Shown: in pieces, positions 1-12,600 of the stretch
Numbering within the stretch: the first letter of the stretch is position 1
How the letters are laid out: each line of letters begins with the position of its first letter
DNA from: Macrostomum hystrix
Lineage: Eukaryota > Animalia > Platyhelminthes
DNA length: 64,000 bases
Reading direction: 5' to 3'
Assembly (NCBI GenBank): GCA_950097015.1
Contig: CATNEN010000013.1
Location: 855,895-919,894, forward strand
The notes under the pieces: model-generated
The model's input: only the letters and a program-made list of their open reading frames with translations
Databases searched by the model: none
Told to the model about the DNA's origin: nothing
Program-made: the position numbers and the translations under genes

Positions 1-691
1 AAGCAATAAATTATCCTAGAAAGGATTTCATGGCTTAGTTCACAAATAAGGCAATGAGCAGCTACAGTGCCTAGGCTACTTACGCAATGAGTAAATAGAC
101 ACAGCAATGCACCCTAACCTAGCTCATTCTGACCACTAATTTGCTGAGTCCACAGCCGCTTCATCTGCTTGGACAGAACTGTCAGCCAGATAGTAAGTCA
201 ATGTAGCTATTTTTAAGTAAATCGAGTGCATGGATATTTAGGACAGACATGGGGATAATTTAGGTACTCACCTGATAGGCCTGACAAAATCATGGGATCT
301 AGCTAGATATTTAGGAAATAAAGTTATGCAATCAATCTACCTGAGGGAGGGTGAGATCAATCCCCAAAATCCTATTCAGCTTCAATGGTGGAGAGGTTGG
401 AGTGACCAATATAGAATGCTCCTTCATCAAATTAGGGACGAAAATGGGAATGGTCCAGGGAACTGTAAGGATATATAGAACCAAGAGGCACTGAAGCTGT
501 TAGACTATTTCCTTTGTTTCAATGACACACAAGTGCCAGCGTGAGTGTGTTGACAGGTTCGAATGCAGGCTGGGGATATTGGGAGAGACAGTTTGAGAAT
601 GAAGTGTCAGTGTGACTCAGTCTTTGAGGCTTGTAAGCAGCAATTCGAGCGTATGCAATCTCATTAGCGACCCCTAGGCTGCCAACATTGG

Positions 692-1904
692 ATGGAGTGA
701 TAAAGAACTGTGCTGGAGTGATACAGAACTGTGTTGGACTGATACAGAACTGTGTTGGACTGATACAGAACTGTGTTGGACTGATACAGAACTGTGTTGG
801 ACTGATACAGAACTGTGTTGGAGTGATACAGAACTGTGTTGACTGGAGTGACTGGAGTGACTGGAGTGACTGGAGGGATTGGAGTGATACAGAACTGTGT
901 TGACTGGAGTGACTGAAGTGACTGGAGTGATACAGAACTGTGTTGGAGTGATACAGAACTGTGTTGACTGGAGTGACTGGAGTGACTGGAGTGACTGGAG
1001 GGATTGGAGTGATACAGAACTGTGTTGACTGGAGTGACTGAAGTGACTGGAGTGATACAGAACTGTGTTGAATGGAGTGACTGGAGTGACTGGAGTGATA
1101 CAGAACTGTGTTGACTGGAGTGCTGGAGTGACTGGAGTGATACAGAACTGTGTTGACTGGAGTGACTGGAGTGACTGGAGTGATACAGAACTGTGTTGAC
1201 TGGAGTGCTGGAGTGACTGGAGTGATACAGAACTGTGTTGACTGGAGTGACTGGAGTGACTGGAGTGATACAGAACTGTGTTGACTGGAGTGACTGGAGT
1301 GATTGGAGTGATACAGAACTGTGTTGACTGGAGTGACTGGAGTGATACAGAACTGTGTTGACTGGAGTGACTGAAGTGACTGGAGTGATACAGAACTGTG
1401 TTGAATGGAGTGACTGGAGTGACTGGAGTGATACAGAACTGTGTTGACTGGAGTGCTGGAGTGACTGGAGTGATACAGAACTGTGTTGACTGGAGTGACT
1501 GGAGTGACTGGAGTGATACAGAACTGTGTTGACTGGAGTGCTGGAGTGACTGGAGTGATACAGAACTGTGTTGACTGGAGTGACTGGAGTGACTGGAGTG
1601 ATACAGAACTGTGTTGACTGGAGTGACTGGAGTGATTGGAGTGATACAGAACTGTGTTGACTGGAGTGACTGGAGTGATACAGAACTGTGTTGACTGGAG
1701 TGACTGGAGTGATTGGAGTGATACAGAACTGTGTTGACTGGAGTGACTGGAGTGATTGGAGTGATACAGAACTGTGTTGACTGGAGTGACTGGAGTGATT
1801 GGAGTGATACAGAACTGTGTTGACTGGAGTGACTGGAGTGACTGGAGTGACGAGTGACTGGAGTGACTGGAGTGACTGGAGTGATACAGAACTGTGTTGA
1901 CTGG
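692..1904. repeat. Composite minisatellite (GACTGGAGT 9-mer interspersed with GATACAGAACTGTGTT 16-mer)
   Basis: Both units directly visible; ORFs 519..1991 and 664..1917 are translations of the repeat. Confidence 0.95.
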
Positions 1905-2631
1905 CGCTGTTTGCCATGGCTTTAAACAGTTTGCTATCCTATATTCGTATGGACGATTACGAAATGTTACAAACACCCAATATTTTAACACGATACAATA
2001 TTGGCCTTAAGTTTAAAGAGGCCTTTATTTAAGCTTCGGTTATAAAAAATGTTCTTTTTTGTAACTGAAACTTTTTTGCCACATTTTCCAGTGCAAACGA
2101 AACTATGACAGAGGGTTGTTGCCACGCTCAATAGGTTTGATAAGCTGGGGCAGTGTGTGGGACGCCCATCAGCTATGGGCACATCCCGTGTTTGCTCACA
2201 GTTTGAGTAGGCTAGGCTCACACTGAGCTGGTATTGCGTCATGAGCCCGGGTGTAAATGACACAAACATCATTGGGCATTGAGCGCTGTCGAGTCGGTTT
2301 TTAAAACTAATGCGGCTGCTTGTTAGTCGCGGTAGGGACAAGAGGTCTCAGCGGATTCTCAAGTGGCTCACATCCCAAACGCAATGGAGAAGTGACAGAT
2401 GCGACACTCGGGCTATCACTTTAGCGTGAGCAACAACACACCCTCCGTGTCTTTAATGCTCACATCTAGCTCCCTGTGTAGCATTGTCCACGACTTGCGA
2501 TAATGATGAAATGTGAGAAATGTCACTGCTCAGGAATCCTGCACCCGTGAATTCCCGACTCTTCGTCTATTCAATACCAATCTAGGGAGATTTCGATATG
2601 GAGAATTCCTCCAGAGATGGGAGGTTGGGGT

Positions 2632-4110
2632 CTAATGCGCTTGCATTATGCACCGAGGTCCCTGAGCTCGATTCCGCGGCGAAGCCACACTCATTTGGGG
2701 CGCAGCTGCGGAGAGAAGGCTTGGGGATAAAGGGATGATTGGAGATGGGATAATGGAAGATCAGACTGTCTCTGATGGGATAATGGGAAGATTGGAGTGT
2801 CTCTGATGGGATAATGGGAAGAATGGAGTGTCTCTGATGGGATAATGGGAAGATTGGAGTGTCTCTGATGGGATAATGGGAAGAGTGGAGTGTCTCTGAT
2901 GGGATAATGGGAAGAGTGGAGTGTCTCTGATGGGATAATGGGAAGATTGGAGTGTCTCTGATGGGATAATGGGAAGAATGGAGTGTCTCTGATGGGATAA
3001 TGGGAAGAGTGGAGTGTCTCTGATGGGATAATGGGAAGAGTGGAGTGTCTCTGATGGGATAATGGGAAGATTGGAGTGTCTCTGATGGGATAATGGGAAG
3101 AATGGAGTGTCTCTGATGGGATAATGGGAAGAGTGGAGTGTCTCTGATGGGATAATGGGAAGAGTGGAGTGTCTCTGATGGGATAATGGGAAGATTGGAG
3201 TGTCTCTGATGGGATAATGGGAAGAGTGGAGTGTCTCTGATGGGATAATGGGAAGAATGGAGTGTCTCTGATGGGATAATGGGAAGATTGGAGTGTCTCT
3301 GATGGGATTATGGGAAGAATGGAGTGTCTCTGATGGGATAATGGGAAGAGTGGAGTGTCTCTGATGGGATAATGGGAAGAGTGGAGTGTCTCTGATGGGA
3401 TGATGGGAAGATTGGAGTGTCTCTGATGGGATAATGGGAAGAGTGGAGTGTCTCTGATGGGATAATGGGAAGAATGGAGTGTCTCTGATGGGATAATGGG
3501 AAGAGTGGAGTGTCTCTGATGGGATAATGGGAAGAGTGGAGTGTCTCTGATGGGATGATGGGAAGATTGGAGTGTCTCTGATGGGATAATGGGAAGAGTG
3601 GAGTGTCTCTGATGGGATGATGGGAAGAGTGGAGTGTCTCTGATGGGATGATGGGAAGATTGGAGTGTCTCTGATGGGATAATGGGAAGATTGGAGTGTC
3701 TCTGATGGGATAATGGGAAGATTGGAGTGTCTCTGATGGGATAATGGGAAGAGTGGCGTGTCTCTGATGGGATAATGGGAAGATTGGAGTATCTCTGATG
3801 TGATAATGGGAAGAGTGGATTGTCTCTGATGGGATGATGGGAAGATTGGAGTGTCTCTGATGGGATAATGGGAAGACCAGACGGTGTCTGATGTGGCTTC
3901 TCGTGCAATTTACGCCACAGAGTGCCAACCTCCAAGGCACAGTGAAAGTGCGCACTGCCTGACGATAGTCCGGGCAGATGTATACTCCTGTGTGAGTGTG
4001 TGCTCAGGAGTCAGCGAAATGGGCAGAATTGCCTTCTCGATGGCTGCGGGTCTAGTGTCAGCAAATAATGTGCCATTGCCCGCAGCCCTGCTAGGAATAA
4101 TCATAAATTA
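2632..4110 (+). mobile_element. tRNA-derived SINE (family 1), interrupted by a 31-bp minisatellite
   Basis: 2632-2726 aligns to the head of the intact copy at 34448-34545 (GCACC(G/A)AGGTCCCT(G/A)AGCTCGATTC...GGAGAGAAGGCTTGGGG). 3894-4110 aligns to the rest of it (GTGCAATTTAC...CAACCTCCAAGGCACAGTGA...GTGTGCTCAGGAGTCAG...ATGTGCCATT...CAGCCCT). Confidence 0.8.
2727..3890 (+). repeat. 31-bp minisatellite (GGGATAATGGGAAGAGTGGAGTGTCTCTGAT)
   Basis: Direct tandem periodicity of 31; the 31-aa period in the repeat-derived ORF equals 3 x 31 nt. Confidence 0.95.
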
Positions 4111-5331
4111 TATTTAGTATTCATTTGCAAATTAATTTGCTATCCCTCTTCAGCTCTTATATTTACATAGCATCTTCTTGAGTTGCAAGTGTACTAGCTA
4201 AGCCTAAAAAGTGTTTTTATTGTCGGACTCATAAAAAACTGGAGCAAACATCAAACACTGCCGGCTGAGACGCCCGGAACATCTGGCTATAGAGGAGAAA
4301 GTTTTGGGGATTTGCCTGTGATCCAGGCTCAACTCACTATGGGGAGGAGGGGTGTAGTCGGCAATCGGTGAGGCGTTATGGACAGACTCGAAGGGGATAA
4401 AAATCCTCTCAGACTGGCGAGTGGGATGTGAAATATGGCTGGTTTATGATCCCGCTAGACTCATATCCTGCCCCACTTCCCCGGCCTTTCTTAAGGGTTA
4501 TGACACAAGGAAGAAAGTGAGCAGCCTGAGCATTAGGGAGAGTCTGTTGATCCATCTTCCCGGGATCGCATGAGCAGAAAAATTCGCAGCCTGGGCTTCA
4601 ATTTCCTAGCTCAATCTGGTACAGGCAAAGGGTGCTGCTTTGAGTTTGGAGATCGTTGCTAATGTAATCACTGCCTGTGCGCTGCGGGGGAAAATCCGGA
4701 AAACATTTTCTCCCCAATATTGCCAAGGGGATATTGGTTAGCCATATAGGCTGGCAAATGTAGCAAAGTGTCAAATTCTTACAGGCCATGCACGCGCAGC
4801 TTCCCCATGGCAAACGATAAATGGTTCAAGAATTTTGGCAAGCAGAAAAAATCGAAATTGCGACGCAACTTGAATGTGGAATTTTTTTCAGAAACGAAGC
4901 ATGGACTGTTTGCCCTGGATTCCAGGAATCCGCGTGAATTCGGCTATCTATATGCAGGTCTTTGTCCAAAAGCATATTGTATATGCATATATAGGTGTGT
5001 TTGTTATCCCGGTATTGTGGGATATTTCGCATGTTGGCACAGCGGGCGGTTGTCAGAATTCAACTTGGCCTAAATAGCAATGCTAGAGTGATAAAAAATG
5101 CATCAAAGGCTAATTTATGGAGACACACTCACATCAACCATCAAGGAGGTCAGGTCAATAGTGCGAAACAAAGACCTAGGTGACAGACGGACGTTTAAAC
5201 TTTCGATTCCATGCAGAACTTTTTATTATTTCAGAAGACAAACAGAACCATTGTTTTGCTGCCTGCGCACAATGAGCTAGGGTTAAGGTTAAGGAAAACT
5301 ATAGACTTAAAAGTGACACTGCACAAAAATC

Positions 5332-7434
5332 ACCCCAAATTCTCCCATTATCCCATCAGAGACACTCCATTCTTCCCATTATCCCATCAGAGACACTCCA
5401 CTCTTCCCATTATCCCATCAGAGACACTCCAATCTTCCCATTATCCCATCAGAGACACTCCACTCTTCCCATTATCCCATCAGAGACACTCCACTCTTCC
5501 CATTATCCCATCAGAGACACTCCAATCTTCCCATTATCCCATCAGAGACAGTCTGATCCTCCCATTATCCCATCAGAGACACTCCAATCTTCACATTATC
5601 CCATCAGAGACAGTCTGATCCTCCCATTATCCCATCAGAGACACTCTACTCTTCCCATTATCCCATCAGAGATACTCCACTCTTCCCATTATCCCATAGA
5701 GACACTCCAATCTTCCCATTATCCCATCAGAGACACTCCAATCTTCTCATTATCCCATCAGAGACACTCCAATCTTCCCATTATCCCATCAGAGACACTC
5801 CAATCTTCCCATTATCCCATCAGAGACACTCCAATCTTCTCATTATCCCATCAGAGACACTCCAATCTTCTCATTATCCCATCAGAGACACTCCAATCTT
5901 CTCATTATCCCATCAGAGACACTCCAATCTTCTCATTATCCCATCAGAGACACTCCAATCTTCCCATTATCCCATCAGAGACACTCCAATCTTCTCATTA
6001 TCCCATCAGAGACACTCCAATCTTCCCATTATCCCATCAGAGACTCTCAAATCTCCCCATTATCCCATCAGAGACACCCCAAATTCTCCCATTATCCCAT
6101 CAGAGACACTCCATTCTTCCCATTATCCCATCAGAGACACTCCACTCTTCCCATTATCCCATCAGAGACACTCCAATCTTCCCATTATCCCATCAGAGAC
6201 ACTCCACTCTTCCCATCATCCCATCAGAGACACTGCAATCTTCCCATTATCCCATCAGAGACACTCCAATCTTCCCATTATCCCATCAGAGACACTCCAA
6301 TCTTCCCATTATCCCATCAGAAGACACTCCAATCTTCCCATTATCCCATCAGAGACACTCCACTCTTCCCATCATCCCATCAGAGACACTCCAATCTTCC
6401 CATTATCCCATCAGAGACACTGCAATCTTCCCATTATCCCATCAGAGACACTCCAATCTTCCCATTATCCCATCAGAGACACTCCAATCTTCCCATAATC
6501 CCATCAGAGACACTCCACTCTTCCCATTATCCCATCAGAGACACTGCAATCTTCCCATTATCCCATCAGAGACACTCCAATCTTCCCATTATCCCATCAG
6601 AGACACTCCAATCTTCCCATTATCCCATCAGAAGACACTGCAATCTTCCCATTATCCCATCAGAGACACTGCAATCTTCCCATTATCCCATCAGAGACAC
6701 TCCAATCTTCCCATTATCCCATCAGAGACACTCCACTCTTCCCATTATCCCATCAGAGACACTCCACTCTTCCCATTATCCCATCAGAGACACTCCACTC
6801 TTCCCATTATCCCATCAGAGACACTCCAATCTTCCCATTATCCCATCAGAGACACTCCACTCTCCCCATTATCCCATCAAAGACACTCCAATCTTCCCAT
6901 TATCCCATCAGAGACTCTCAAATCTCCCCATTATCCCATCAGAGACACCCCAAATTCTCCCATTATCCCATCAGAGACACTCCAATCTTCCCATTATCCC
7001 ATCAGAGACACTCCAATCTTCCCATTATCCCATCAGAAGACACTGCAATCTTCCCATTATCCCATCAGAGACACTGCAATCTTCCCATTATCCCATCAGA
7101 GACACTCCAATCTTCCCATTATCCCATCAGAGACACTCCACTCTTCCCATTATCCCATCAGAGACACTCCACTCTTCCCATTATCCCATCAGAGACACTC
7201 CACTCTTCCCATTATCCCATCAGAGACACTCCAATCTTCCCATTATCCCATCAGAGACACTCCACTCTCCCCATTATCCCATCAAAGACACTCCAATCTT
7301 CCCATTATCCCATCAGAGACACTCCAATCTTCCATTATCCCATCAGAGACACTCCACTCTTCCCATTATCCCATCAGAGACACTCCACTCTTCCCATTAT
7401 CCCATCAGAGACACTCCACTCTTCCCATTATCCC
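5332..7434 (-). repeat. Same 31-bp minisatellite in inverted orientation
   Basis: Unit CCCATTATCCCATCAGAGACACTCCAATCTT is the reverse complement of the 2727-3890 unit. Confidence 0.95.
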
Positions 7435-7934
7435 ATTGGGAAGACACAGAGGTGCATCGACCAAAGGTAATTTTCATTTCTTATCGAAAGAATATACAAT
7501 TAAAGAAGTGAAAGCAGAGCTTAGGAAAAAAGAGTTATCAAGAATGAAATCTGTAATAGGAAAATAATTGCTACAAAAATCCTTCAATGGCATGTCCAAA
7601 TTATGGGTCATTAGTTAGGAATATTCAGATTTCATTATTCTCTACTTGCCAAGAAAGAGCTATTTCCGCTTGTCGGAAATGGCAGGTTATATTAACACGC
7701 CTATACTCAGGTGTTAACTAAATTGAAGGATTTTATAATAGTAATCCTTCAAAAATAATTCTGGAGAATGATTGAGTCAATCATAAATGGTTGAAACCTC
7801 ATTGCGTAAAACACGGGTCTGAAAATAAAGTTTTCAAATGCCTACACTCAAACTGTAACTATGATTGAACACCCTATTATAGAATGCTGATGCATATACA
7901 GATAGAAATTTCATCTAGCTCAGTTGTTCTCATT

Positions 7935-7990
7935 CGAAGGCGGTGTACAGCTTTTCAGTCCATGGACAGGACAGGACCGTTCCCATTCTA
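7935..7990 (-). mobile_element. Short diverged fragment of SINE family 2
   Basis: Minus strand reads AGAATGGGAACG...GTCCATGGACTGAAAAGCTGTACACCGCC, matching 11265-11340 and 18662-18770. Confidence 0.5.
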
Positions 7991-8273
7991 CAGTTCCGTA
8001 AATTAATCCTAATTTAGTCACTAAGAAGACTTCACTCTGCATGTTACTTTTGGGATATCCGATCTGCTTAATCCATGCACATTGTGTTCAGAGGATGCTA
8101 GAGATTGTCCGTTGTCATTATTACAAACCATTTTCCCTTAAAAAATATCATTTACACTTAAGTTTTGTATTTTCTAAGCATTTTTTTTGTATTATAGGAA
8201 ACTACAAGTATTATATTAGCAGTAACTTCTGAATAACAATAAAGATTTTCTTTTTGTCATTTATTATCGACAG

Positions 8274-8700
8274 TGGTCATTTCTGATAAAAAACGGTCAT
8301 TGCTCATCGACATTGCTCACTACCCATTGATACAGGTAATTACTCATCGATACAGGTCATTACTCATCGATAATGGTCATTGTTCATCGATAATGGTCAT
8401 TGTTTATCGATACTGGTCATTGTTTATCGATAATGGTCATTGTTCATCGATAATGGTCATTGCTTATCGATAATGGTCATTGTTCATCGATAATGGTCAT
8501 TGTTCATCGATACTGGTCATTGTTAATCGATAATGGTCATTGTTCATCGAGACTGGTCATTGTTTATCGATAATGGTCATTGTTCATCGAGACTGGTCAT
8601 TGTTTATCGATAATGGTCATTGTTTATCGATAATGGTCATTGTTCATCGATACTGGTCATTGTTTATCGACAATGGTCATTGTTTATCGATAATGGTCAT
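8274..8700. repeat. 20-bp minisatellite (TAATGGTCATTGTTCATCGA)
   Basis: Direct tandem periodicity of 20. Confidence 0.95.
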
Positions 8701-9661
8701 TTCGCGTCGGTACTGGAGATTTCATACGGTGATTTCCCCTTTCTTCCCCATATATTTCCCCTTATTCCTTCGGTTTCGCGAAAACTGAAAAAGGACAGCA
8801 AAGTAAATCAGGCCGCTTTTATCCGCTTCTCATCTTTCTACTCTCCGGTTGTCCTCAGCTGCTCCCCCTGACACGCCGGCCAGTTTTCACGCGGTTGTTT
8901 ATTAACTTTTTTTTCTACAGCTGGCCAGAGTCAAGAGGCGGAGCGAGGATGGGGATGAAACGAAGAGTGGCTGCCCGCTCACCGCATCCCATAAATCACA
9001 ATGAGCTGGCTGCTTAGTCGCTTCCCACACGGGGCGAAACTGAGGGGGGGGCCACAGCAACGGTAACAGCAGCAGCAGCTGAAATCCCCTTTGCCGATTT
9101 CCTCTTTTCTCCCTCGGGCACACCGATAGGGATGGGGATGGGGAAACGAATCAGAATCAGATTTTCTATCTCCCCAGTCTCTGATTGATGGCAAGCCGCC
9201 GCCGTTGCGAGGGTCCTTGGGAGCACCTGGCGGCGAGGAGGGATAATCCTCACCTTCCATTCTCCTCCCCTCCAATCAGTCGGGCGGAATCAAACAGGGA
9301 GATCCAGGGGCATATAAAGCAGACTCGGGGATCTTAAGGTGAAGTGGGGACTGATTGATGCCGAGTTGAGCAGTCAAATCGCATGTTTTACAGATTTAGT
9401 CAACCGGTGGACGAGAAGTTTTGTTATTGGTTGATTTGCTTCCAGCAAACAAAGACTTTTGAGCACCTGGGCGCTTCAGTCAGGCGAGACAACACCATTC
9501 AAGTTGTGAGTTCGGTGACACAAGAGCCAGGTTTGACACTGATTGGCTGGGAATCAAACATCGGAAATAATTGATCAATCTTTGAGCACCATATATTTAT
9601 GCGGTAAAGAAAGATAGTGTTCAAAAACTAGCTTCGAACGAACAATCAGTGAGGTCACCAT

Positions 9662-12600
9662 TCACGAGTAGATTTGGTTGAAGAACTCAAGCAGGAAGTC
9701 GTCAACGAGTTCCTTCGCCGGCACCCGCGCCACCATGCCGTAGACAGCGGCCATGCCCTTCGGCTTGATGCTCTCCGACTGCGGTTTTTGTTCATTTGTT
9801 TTTGGTGAGTAAAATATAACAAAATCCCAATCTTGCTACTTAAACCAGTAGTGACAATAGCGGACATGTCTCACTAGTATTCTTTCGATGCAGGCGCGGA
9901 TGTCAGACACAAAATCGTCCCGTCTGGCCAGGTGCTGCGGCAGCACGGTGACGTGCAGACAGTCAGGGTTCGATTCCCGCTCCATCTTCCAGCCTGCGAC
10001 GTGAAAATATTGAGGATTAGATTGACATTCTGAGTATTTAAGAAAGAATCGAGATCGTATCAGAATCCCAAATTTCAAATAACAAATCCCAAAAATGCCA
10101 AAATGCCAAATTCTAAATCCCAAATCCGAAATCTCAAATCCCAAATCCCAAATTTCAAATCCAAAATCACAACATCCCCAATCCCACTCACCCTTCTCCT
10201 CCATTAGGTCGGCCAGTACGAAAACGCTCAGCGCGGGATTGCTTGAAGCGATAGCGAAGCAGGTCATGTGCGGCGAGCCAATAATCTTTAGCGACTAGAA
10301 GAAAGAAAATATGTTTTTTTAAATGAACGCAAATATCTACTTTCAGTAGTGCAAATGGCAAAAGTAATTCGTTGCCCTTAGCTTACCCCAGTGGCTCGTA
10401 TTTCTCCAGTCCAGAATTTAGTGAGCTCCATGAGGTCGCCGGCCACGCGTAGGAAGCCCTCCTGGCCCATTGTGCGCAGCGTCACCCAGGCGGTGGCCAG
10501 GTAGCCGCCAGGCCGGGTGCCCGCCATGGTCGGCGAGCCGAACAAGCCGCCAGGCCAGCCAGAGTAGGCGAACAGCTGGTGCTTGCGGAGCTCCGCGCTG
10601 CGGTACACGATCACGCTGGCTCCCTGGGGATTTAGATTTTGATTGGAAGCCTTTAGTTAGGGATTATTTAGGGATTCTATTCTATTTAGGGATATATCTG
10701 AAAATTTATTATTGAAAAAAGTTCCAGTTATGGAAATTACTTGATGGGAAGTTTTAAGAGTGGAAGTTTCCAGAGGGGAAGTTTCCAGAGGGGAAGTTTC
10801 CAGAGGGGAAGTTTCCAGAGGGGAAGTTTCCAGAGGGGAAGTTTCCAGAGGGGAAGTTTCCAGAGGGGATGTTTCCAGAGGGGAAGTTTCCAGAGGGGAA
10901 GTTTCCAGAGGGGAAGTTTCCAAAGAGAAAGTTTCCAGAGGGGAAGTTTCCAGAGGGGAAGTTTCCAGAGGGGAAGTTTCCAGAGGGGAAGTTTCCAGAG
11001 GGGAAGTTTCCAGAGGGGATGTTTCCAGAGGGGAAGTTTCCAGAGGGAAAGTTATGCTTGTTTTAATCAGGGAGCTTCCTTACCATGAAAAAATATAGTT
11101 TAATAGGGAATGATTTTTTCCCTTGTCTTGATAAAACTTTTTTCTCATTCAGAGGGGTTGCAGCCTAGTGCTTTCACATGGTAGCGAACCCACGACTTGA
11201 AAGTCGGGGGTTCGATCCCCGACTACACAAGAACAAGTTGTGTGTCCTTTATGAAATCCTTGCTAAAATGGGTACCTGCATCAGCTGGGTGTGGCGTCCC
11301 ACAGTCCATGGACTGACCAGCCGTACACTGCCGTCAGATGCGCCGCGCAATTGCTATTTATTATATCTCGTATTATTATTTATTAGCTAGCAAAATTAAA
11401 ATAGTTTAATATTATTATTCAAACCTTAGGCGCAAAGCCGTACTTGTGCAAATCGGCAGACACCGAAGTCACTTCTGGCACGCGAAAGTCAAACAACGGC
11501 ACAGAGTAGCCCAGCTTCTCCACCCTGTCAAATTGGTAGTCAGTGAGTTTGATGGATTGTGTTCATTGGTCTGTCAAACAACCTCACTCCACGTCCTATC
11601 CATTTCCAGAGCTCTAATTGGCTATCAGCTCACTGTCCGATTAGCGCCTGCATAGGGTCAGGGCGCGAGGCTGGGGTTAATGTACACTAGGTGGATTGTA
11701 CAAGCAAGCTTCCACTCAGCCAATCAAAGCGAGGCAGTAGAACGCTGGCCTCACCAGGGCAGCATGAAACCGCCGAAGCAGGCGTCGACGTGCAGCGGCA
11801 GGCCGAACTCTCGGGCCACCGTGGCGTAGTCTTCCACCGGGTCAATAACGCCGTGGCAGTACTGCGGAGCTGACGCCACTAGGAGGACTGTGTCGGCTGT
11901 TACCGCGGCTCGCAGTGACGCTGCATCAGCAGTCTGACTGACAGGGTCAACAGGCACCAGGATCAGGTCCAGGCCGAAATAGTGGGCCGCCTTATTGATG
12001 GCCGGGTGCACCGTGACTGCGGCTACCTGTGCAATACAGAATCAGGGAGCGAGATCAATATATGTAGGACATAGTAGGTATATAGGTGCAAAATATCAGA
12101 TGACTCTAATGTGTGCATTACTAAAGCTTTTTATCTTGTAATGCACTAACCAATGAACCTCAGGCTCAGGTGCACCAGCTAATAAATCTTATGTATACAC
12201 CAAGCTTTAAACCTCAGGTGATAAACCTACGATAAAAACATCAACATATCAAGATGGTGCAACATGTCAAGTGCATCAACATAAATTTCAACTTTACACC
12301 ATCTTAAAGGCATCGTATGTTCACCAACTAAAATACATCAGGTATTCACAATCTAAAGAACGTCAGGTGTACACTTTCTAGAAACCATCATGTGTACACC
12401 ATCTAAAAACCAACAGGTGTACGCTATCTAAAGAACGTCAGGTGTACACAATCTAAAGAACGTCAGGTGTACACACTTTAATGACCGTCAGGTGTACACT
12501 ATCTAAAGAACGTCAGGTGTACACTTTCGATAAACCATCATGTGTACACTATCTAAAAACCATCAGGAGTACGCTATCTAAAGAACGTCAGGTGTACACA

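Noticed and set aside
140-690. Possible minus-strand exons (LSKQMKRLWTQQISGQNEL; PWTIPIFVPNLMKEH...; VANEIAYARIAAYK) and a 9-nt microexon at ~271-279
   Set aside because: Splice phases could not be made consistent and no recognisable protein family; needs RNA-seq.
4785-5070. MITE bounded by GGCCA...TGGCC
   Set aside because: Only 5 bp of inverted match and no TSD.
519-7434. Long ORFs over the 692, 2727 and 5332 arrays
   Set aside because: They are translations of tandem repeats that lack stops in some frames; no protein features.
11150-11225. tRNA gene
   Set aside because: Has a B box and a hairpin but no full cloverleaf or acceptor stem; it continues into a SINE-like body.
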